DNA from: Anaerolineae bacterium | GTDB lineage: Bacteria > Chloroflexota > Anaerolineae > J102 | DNA: 35,857 bases | Reading direction: 5' to 3' | Assembly: GCA_026985975.1 (NCBI GenBank) | Contig: JALSPL010000327.1 | Coordinates: 1 to 35,857 of the forward strand | Shown here: piece after piece, positions 23,601 through 32,600 of the stretch | Layout of the letters: every line of letters begins with the position of its first letter | Position numbering within the stretch: the first letter of the stretch is position 1 | Made by a program: the position numbers and the translations under genes | Notes under the pieces: model-generated | Database searches by the model: none | Seen by the model: the letters and a program-made list of their open reading frames with translations, nothing else | What the model was told of the DNA's origin: nothing

Positions 23601-26600
23601 CATCCTGCAAACCGTTGGCGTTCAGATCCAGCCACACCAGACTGCCCACCGACACCGGCTCGATGAAGCCGAAGTCCACGGTCATGTTGCCGTCGGCGTC
23701 GGGGTTGCCGTCCTGATCGGGGGAGCCGTCGGCGAAGGTCTCGCCCGTGGGCTCCTGGCCATTCACCAGGGTGACCACGCCGCTGCGGTAGACGCCGGGC
23801 GAGGACTCGGTGGCGATGTTGGAGTCGGCGTTGTCGTCATTGTTGGGGTCGGCCACCTGCGGGGAGGTGGGATTGAGACCCGCGGGCGGGGTCACCTGTA
23901 CGATGTAATCGCCGGGGGCCAGGTTGGTGAAGTGATAGACGCCATCTGTTCCCGTAGTGACGTCAGCCACGGGGTTGCCGTCGATGTCATTGGCGGGCGT
24001 GCCATCAGCATTGAGGAGAGAGACCGTCGCGTTTTCGATGCCCGGTTCACCCACATCCTGCAGACCATTCGCGTTCAGATCCGACCATACCAGGCTGCCC
24101 AGCGACACCGGCTCGATGAAGCCGAAGTCCAAGGTCATGTTGCCGTCGGCGTCGGGGTTGCCATCCTGATCGGGGCCGCCATCGGCGAAGGTTTCGTCGA
24201 CAGGCTCCGTTCCCGGAGACAGGGTGATGAGATCGCTGCGATAGACGCCCGGAGTGGGCTCGGTGGCGATGTTGGAATCCGCGTTGTCATCATTGTTCGG
24301 GTTTGTCACTTGCGGCGATGTGGGACTATAGCCGGCAGGCGGCGTCACCTCGACCATGTAGTCGCCGGGCATCAGGTTGGTGAAATGATAGACGCCATCA
24401 GGGCCGGTGGTGACATCGGCCACAGGGTTGCCGTTAACATCATTGACAGGATTGCCGGCGCTATCCAGCAAATGCACGGTGGCATTCTCGATGCCGGGCT
24501 CGCCCGCATCCTGCACGCCGTTGCCATTGGCGTCGTGCCAGACCAGGCTCCCCAGGGAGACGGGCCGGATAAAGCCGAAGTCCAGAGTCATGTTGCCGTC
24601 GGCGTCAGGATTGCCGTCCTGGTCGGGGGAGCCATCGGCGAAGGTCTCGCCCGTGGGTTCCGCGCCGGGCAGCAGGCTGACGACGCCGCTGCGGTAGACG
24701 CCGGCGCTGGGCTCGGTGGCAATGTTGGAATCCGCATTGTCGTCGGTGTTGGGGTCGGCCACTTGCGGCGGGGTGGGAAGATAGCCCGCAGGGGGCTGCA
24801 CTTCCACCATGTAGTCGCCGGGAGGCAGATTCACGAAGTGATAGATGCCGTCCGGGCCTGTGGTGATCGGGTTGATGGGGTTGCCGTCAACATCCTGGGT
24901 GACGGGAGCGCCGCTGCTGTCAAGCAGGGTGACGGTGGCGCCGTCCACGCCGGGCTCGCCGTCATCTTGCAGGCCGTTGGCGTTGAGATCCAGCCACACC
25001 AGGCTGCCCACCGACACAGGCCGGATGAAGCCGAAGTCCACGGTCATGTTGCCGTCCGCGTCGGGGTTGCCGTCCTGATCGGGGGAGCCGTCGGCGAAGG
25101 TCTCGCCCGTGGGCTCTGTTCCGCCCAACAGGCTGACAATTCCACTGACGTACACGCCGGGGTTGGGCTCGCTGGCGATGTTGGAGTCGGTATTGACATC
25201 GTCATTGGGATTGGTCTGCTGCACGGGAGTGGGACGGAAGCCCGCGGGAGGCTGCACCTGCACCTGATAATCGCCCGGCGGCAGGTTGCTGAAATTGTAG
25301 AGGCCGTCGGCCGCGGTGGTGACCGGGCTGATGGCGTTGCCGTCCAGGTCCTGCGTGACGGGATTGCCAGCGCTATCCAGCAAGGTGACGATCGCCCCCT
25401 CGATAGGCGACTCGCCCACATCCTGCACGCCATCCAGATTGGAATCCAGCCACACCAGGCTGCCGATGGAGACGGGCTGGACGAAGCCGAAGTCCACGGT
25501 CATATTGCCTGAATCGTCACGTTTGCCGTCCTGGTCGGGGCTGCCGTCGGCGAAGGTCTCGCCCGTGGGCTCGCCGCCGATGCTGAGGGTGACAGGGTCG
25601 GAACGATAGACGCCGGGGCTGGTTTCGGCCGCGATGTTGGAATCGGCGTTGTCGTCGTTGTCGGGGTCGGGCGTTTGCGGCGGCGTGGGTTTCATGCCCG
25701 CAGGGGGCTGCACCTGGATGATGTACTCTCCCTGAGGCAAATCGGTGAAATGGTAGACGCCGTCTGCACCGGTGGTGACGGGCGTGATGGCGTTGCCGTT
25801 GATGTCGGTGGTCACGGAGTTGCCCGCGGCGTCCAGCAAGGTGACGGTTGCGCCCTCGATGGGCGGCTCGCCCGCATCCTGGATGCCGTTGGCGTTGTCG
25901 TCGCGCCACACCAGGCTGCCTACAGAGACAGGCAGGGTGAAGCCGAAGTCGATGGTGAGGTCGCTGTTGGCGTTGGACGTCGTCTCTTGCGGGTCCTCGT
26001 CCACGGGCTCCTGGCCCGGGCTGAGGTTGATGGGCGCGCTGCGCACGCCGGCGCCGATGGCGGCTGCGCCGTCGTTGTCGCCGTTGTCATCGGTGTTGTC
26101 CTGATCGTCGCCGCCCTGACCGGGACTGCCATAGGCGTCGGGATAGAGGCCGCCTGCACCGAAGACGTTGCCCGCATCCCAGTTGGAGGCGTCCACCTCG
26201 ACGATGTAATCTCCGGGGGGTAGGCCGCCGAAGTTATAATAGCCGTTGGCGTCGGTGGTGGTGACAATGGGAGCGCCGGCAGCGTCGGTGACCGGATTGC
26301 CAGCGCTGTCCAGCAGGTTGACCAGCACATCCTGGATAGGAGGCTCGCCAGCGTCCTGCACGCCGTTGCCATTTTCATCGAACCACACATAGTTGCCCAG
26401 GCTCATGAGGACGTAGTCCTCGACCTCGCCGTCCAGGGCCAGGCCGTCGGGCCCCAGGATGCCCGGGGGATCATTGGGAGGATCGCTGGCGGTTTCGTAG
26501 CTGGTAAAGCGGAAACGACTGTAGATGGGGTCGAGCGTCGTCGTATTGGCGGGCGCATCGAAGGTGTAAATATGGGATCCGGCGGTGACGGGATAATCCC

Positions 26601-29600
26601 GCATGGCCGTGGGCGAGCCCAGCGCCACGCCATCCACTGCGGTGATCAGAATATCATCCAGTACGCCATCGGCGTCGAAATCGAACCAGCCATGGAGGTA
26701 ACCATCGGCGTTGGCTACAATCTGAACATTGGCGGGCTGGCCGGGGATGATGGGCGTCAGGAAGGTGACGCCATCCTCGTCATCGGTTCCGGATGCGGGA
26801 TTGTCGTCGTCGCCCGTAGCGGCGGCATTGGGTTGACCATCGGGCTCGGCGTCTACTGCCGCCCCCAGGAAGTAGGGGTTCGCCCCCGAGGGAATGAGGT
26901 GACGGGCGCCGTTGTTGGCGGAAAGGGTGGGATAAGGGCCGTCGGGCAGGTCGCCGAACTCGCCATCCACCTGAACCGGGGCGACGTCGTTGTCCGTGTA
27001 CTCACGCTCACGACCAGGAAAATCGCCATCCATGCTGGTCCAGGTAATGACGGCGTTGTTGTCAATAGAGCCGCCCGCATCCAAATCACTGGTGATATCC
27101 GCAGTGTATTCAATGACGTAAGTCGTGCCCAGGGGGATGTCGAAGGAGCCGGTGTCAGGGATGCGCAACACGCCGGTGACAGGATCATAGGACCAGGTAA
27201 GGAGTGACGGCGACATGCTGGTCACCTGCACATTGGTCAATGAAGCGGGCAACGTGTCGGTCATAATCACGCCATAGGCGTCCATAGCGCTGTCCGCAGT
27301 ATGTTCGATGGTCACCCTGTATTTTATCTGACCGCCGGGCCCGATTGGATCGGACTGAGAGATGACTTCCTTGGTGATGTTCAGGAAGGGCTCAATGATA
27401 TTGATGGCGACCGTATCGGTGATCGTTTCGGTTTGCTGATTGTTGGGATTGGTGTATTGCAGCTTGCCGATGTTGTCTCTGACGTCGCCGTTGCTGTTAT
27501 CGGGGATATCCAGCACCCGGGCGATAATCTCGATCAGGAAACTGTTGTTGCCAGCGTTGTTGTCGGCGGTGGTGACGGTGTTTCCGAAATTGAAGGTGAC
27601 ATCGCCGCCGCTGCCGCCGGGTGCGGTGACCGTGGGCGTGGGCAGCGCGCCATTAAAGTCGTCGCCCAGACGCCCGCCGCTGGCCGCGGCCGTGGTGATG
27701 ATCTGGTGGCTTTGGTATTCCAGGCCCAGGGGGAGATCATCCACGACCACCATGTCCAGCGTCGTGCCCTCGGGCAAGGTTACCTTGATGTAGTAGGAGA
27801 TGTCCTCGCCAATGGCGTAGTCGGTGGGGCTGGGATCCAGCTTATCCACCTGTGGAGAGTCGATGGTGATGTCTTCGCTGTCGCTAGGCCCATAGAGTCG
27901 TTCGCCTGTCTCGGCGTCGGTGGCGCCGGGCGTGTCGGAGCCGGTGGGATTGCCCGTGGTGCCGTTAGGGCCGGGCAGGCTGGTATAGGCCAGATCTGCG
28001 GTGTTGGGGATGATCTCCCCGGCGCTGACGCTGGTGCGCACAGTGACGGTGATGAGGATAGTGACCTGATCGCCCGGCTCCAGCTTGTCGATGAGGAGAT
28101 GCACCTCATCAGCCGTGGCGTCGGAGTTGTTGGTGACGGCGGCGTAAGCGGGCGCAGTCCAGGTGACATTGTTGGGGTCGGTGAGGTCCAGGTTGGCGTC
28201 GAGGATGTCATCCACGGCCAGGTCGAAGGCGGTGGATGCGGCGCCGTCATTGGTCAGGGTAAGCTGATAGGTGACTTCATCGCCGGCGTCGATGGGCGGG
28301 AGCGTTGTGACGGTCTTGACGATGCTGACGGCAGGCTCCACCAGGTTGACGGTCACCGGAGCGGAGGTATAGTCGAAGGAGTCAAAGGTGACGCGGAAAC
28401 TGTTATCCAGCGTATCGCCTGCGGCATTCCCGGACACATTGAGCACCAGGGCGTTGAATTCGATAACCACAAACTCTTCATTGTCGTCCTGATCGGAATT
28501 GGTGACCGTGCCCAGAGTGAAGATGGGGTCTACGCCATCAGCAAAAGGCCCGCCCGAGATGGTGAACTCGGTGGAGGTCATGGCGTTGTCGGAAATAAAG
28601 CTCAGTGCGGCGGTGTTGTCATCCAGGAATTGCAGCCCGGCTGGCAGGGTGTCGGTGATTACGAAATTGGTAAGATCGCCCTCGGGAACCGAAACGGTGA
28701 GTTTGTAGCGCACGATCTCGCCGATGGTGAGGTCTGGGTCGGTGGTGTGGGCTTCGGAGGTGGTCACCAGGTTTTTTTCGGGTTTGTTGATGAGCTGCAC
28801 CTGATAGTCCTCCACCTCGCCGTAGTTCACCGCGCCAGTGGGTCCCAGGCCCTGTTTGTAGCTGAGGCGGAAGCGGGCATGGGTGGTGCCGGGCGTGGCG
28901 CCGGCGGGCACGGGGATGTTCAGGGTGAGGACGCCGTCGGTGGTTCCCTGGGCGGCTACGACATCGGCGGCGATCTGTTCCCCGGCGTCATTCCAGTCGC
29001 CATCGCCGTTGAAGTCCAGCCAAGCATTGAGATAGGCGTCGCCCAGAATGATGTTATCGGGTACAGTGACCGTCACATTCCACGTGCTGGTCTCGCCGAT
29101 GACCATGATAGCCGAGGGCAGTTCGGGCGTTCCCAGATATTGGTCAAAGGTCACGCCGTCTTCGTCGTCGGGCGTCTGGTTCTGGTCGTCGCCCCAGGCC
29201 GAAATCTCGGGGAAGCCGTCATCCTCACCATCCACGGTTGCGCCCATATGCAGGTTATTCTTCAACACATGTCGGGCTGCGTCGGCAGGTTCCAGTCCAG
29301 CATTCGCCAGATCTCGGGCGTTGGTGGGATAAAAGTCTGTGGCGTTATCGAAAGGGGCGTCACTGTAGTCTGTGGGGCGATACATGCCGAAATCCCAACT
29401 TCGATCATCCACGTTGCCCGTGAGGGAGATATCAGCAGTCTGGTAATAATCGCCGTAGGTGGCGTCTGTCCCGGGTATCTCCCCATCGCTGTCCAGATTG
29501 TCATCGCCGCCCTGGTTGGGGGGACTGGCCGTATAACCTGATGGCGGGAAAAAGCGAAGATAGTAGTTGCCGTCAGGCAGATCAGTGAATTGATAATAGC

Positions 29601-32600
29601 CGGGTTTGCCGTCTTGATCGGGCCCGGTGATCTTGTAGTCGATGAAAGCGTCGGTGTCTGCATTCCAAAGCTCCACCCGCACGCCATTCACGCCCCAGGC
29701 GGCTTGCTGTTCCACAGGCTGCTGGATGCCGTCATTCTCGATCCCGGCAACGTCCAGCCATGTATAGTCGCCCAGACTGTTACGTCGCAAGGGCGCGACG
29801 CGAATGCCCACTTTGAGGGGCTCGGAGGGAAGCAGTTCCAGATGGTCGGGATCGTTTTGCCCGTCGTTATCCTGGTCGCGGAATTCCACCGCCTTGAAGC
29901 CAAAGGAGTTCCACGCTATCTGGCAGTCGGGGTTGGCGTCGGGATCGAAAGAGTCGTCAGCGGGGGTGAGACAGGAAGGGTCTCCAGGCGCGTCCGCCGG
30001 CGCTGTCATGTGCCAACCGAAGCGCAATGTCTCGTCGGGCTGCAAAACAAGACATTCGTTCACCGTGCCGTCTGTGTTGTAGGTGCAGAAATCGACCTTG
30101 ATGGATTGCACGGACGAGGGATTTTGGGGCAGGGTGGTGCTCCAGTAAGGCTTCTGACAGTTGGGGGGCTCATCCAGGCTGGGAACAAAATCAGGTCGGC
30201 AGGGATTGGACGCCCTGCTGTAGAATACCGTGAAGGGGATGCCGCCAACGAGATCGACCACTTCCTCTTGAAGATTGGGTCGCCATTTACTGAGACGAGG
30301 GGAAAGATCGATAACGCCTGTATCGCCGATGTAAGGCGTGATATCCAGGAAGCTCAAGGCTGTGACGGGTACGTTGCTGTTGTTGATGGTTTGCACCAAA
30401 TAGTCGACCCGTTCGCCGGGCATGGTCAACCCCAGCTTATTGAAGTCGCCGGCATATTGGCCGCCAACGCTCAAGTCATCACAGACTGCGGGATCATTAT
30501 AGGTGTCGCAGTCGATCTCGCCCCGCACCCATTTCTCTGAATCCATAGAAAGGAAGACGCCCACTTCGGTGGTTTCCGTAGCTAGACAACTTTCTTCAAA
30601 TGTGTTGCCATCACCATCCAGATCATTCACATCTACGTATTTATCCGGATCCTGACAAAGAAAAATCTTACGCAGATCGGAGTTGGGGGGATCGTCAGGG
30701 TCGGTGGGGCCGGTCCAGTCCACGATGGTGGCCTCATTGGTGACCGTGCCCGGCGGCGTACCCTTCTTCACCTGCACGGTGAACGTGATATTGGCGTCTT
30801 CGCCCGGCTGGAAGCTGTAGCTGGCATCCACGCCGCAGGTTCCTTCGATGCTGTTAGGATCACAGCCGCCGCCGGTCAGGTCCTGCCAGGTCCAGCGCAG
30901 CAGGGTGCGCCCGGTGCCGTTGTAGTCGGGGATGACCTCGAAGTTGGGGTCGGGCGCGCCCGCGGGCTTGGAGGTGACGGAAGCGCTGCCGGCGACGTAG
31001 TCGAATTCGGGGGGCAGCAGGTCCACCAGCATGGGGTTGTCCAGGGGCAGTTGGGCCACTGCATCATTGTTTAATCCCACGGAAAAGTCAACGAATCCTT
31101 CAGGCAAGACCGATTGACCACCGGAAGTTTTACGTGGTCGGGGGATAGCGCGTTCATCGATGACGCTCACCGCCGAACAGGCGTTGCTTTCCACGCCATT
31201 ATCTGAAGTAAACCCCGTACAGTTCTCAAAAGATTCCGCCGGATATGAGGGTTCGATCGTTGTATCCACCTCAGCGATCACCGTCGATGCCCAAGAGGCG
31301 CCGATAGCCAATGTTCCCAGTTGCCATTGCAAGTCGGTAATCCGGTTGCCGCCTTGCAAATCCAAGGTGGTTGCATCAATCGTACTCTCGGCTGCATAGG
31401 GATTTCCTGGTAGCGGAATCCAATTGCCAGAATCATCAACTTGATAATAACCGTTTACCGCATCACCCGGGGCGCTTGCCGGGCCAATAGTAAGACTAAG
31501 AAGGATGGTTTGAGATGGTAAAGTATCGGTCACGACGACATTGTGCAAATCTTCGTAGCCAGTATTGACGACGCTCACTTCATAAGTGACATCTTCACCG
31601 GGAATTGCTTCCGTTCCTTCGTAGGATGAGGGGCTTGATGATGTTTTCCCACTCTCGCCTGCCGGATAGGGTTCGATCACATCGAAGGGGAGCGTGTCGG
31701 TTAGTATCGCTTCTGTCTGTCCATCGCAATAGTCAGGCAAATTGTTTTGATCTTGGCATCCTTCAGGCGTTCCAATGGTTTCCATGCTGTTCGTCTGTTG
31801 ACCAGCAGGCAACGTATCATACTGAAGTTTAATTTGCCGGGTAAAACATGCACCGACGGTAATATCAGGCAGATTATACCAACTGACTGTGCGCGGGGTC
31901 GCTGTGCTGTCATACACCCAGCATTCTGGATCGCCGGGGCCTGGGGGAGAATTCCCCGGGCATTGACTCCCTTCGGCGTCGACAAATGCGGCATCGTCCG
32001 GAAGATGATCGATCATAGTTGGAGCCGTGTAGTTTACGCCTCCCTCCACATCTGGGCTACAAACTTGTAGATCGAAAGTGGCGGGAAAACCCACCACTGC
32101 CGGCCCACCCGATTTTGCCGCATACATTTCGAATGCGCCGGTAGCCGTGGTCGAAATCGGAGACGTAGCCACACTCACTGCGTTAGACGCGGAGAAGGTG
32201 GCGGTGTTGGTAGCGGTGGTTCCGGGCACCGTTCCAGGAGGAAATCTCACCTGGAACTTGAGGATGCCCGTGCTGCCCGCGGGCAGGGGATCCACAAAGG
32301 TCCAGGTGACGGTGTGCGTGCCAGGATCATAGCCATACGAAGCAACATGCGGAGTCACGGTGAGCGTGTCCGGAACGAATTCCACTTCGGGCGGCAAAGG
32401 ATCTGTGATCACAGCGCCTTCGCAGTCATCACTGATGCTGGCGCAACGATAGTTAAACACGTACTCGAACGGTTCGCCTGACTCCACCTCGGACTTGAAG
32501 GCGGTTTTGGTGAGTTCCAGTTCGGGTCCGCCCTGAGCCGAGACGCTAACCGGCCCTGTTATCATCACGCCCAACGCAACAAGCAAGACGATCAATGGAA

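Noticed and set aside
21541-25512. 1,323-aa + strand ORF, plus the many periodic 70-135-aa + ORFs at ~453-bp spacing.
   Set aside because: It lies antisense to the SdrD-B repeat array of the giant gene. The translation is a Gly/Arg/His/Val-rich low-complexity sequence with no motifs. It stays open only because of high G+C and the repetition of the sense frame.
21481-26405. Possible CRISPR array or other non-coding tandem repeat, given the regular periodicity.
   Set aside because: The period is ~453 bp, far longer than CRISPR repeat-spacer units. There is no short conserved repeat with unique spacers, and the region is one continuous open frame encoding a recognisable domain.
27301-29541. 746-aa + strand ORF.
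   Set aside because: It is antisense to the GEVED/DUF11 part of the giant gene, which has clear domain signatures. The + translation has no recognisable features.
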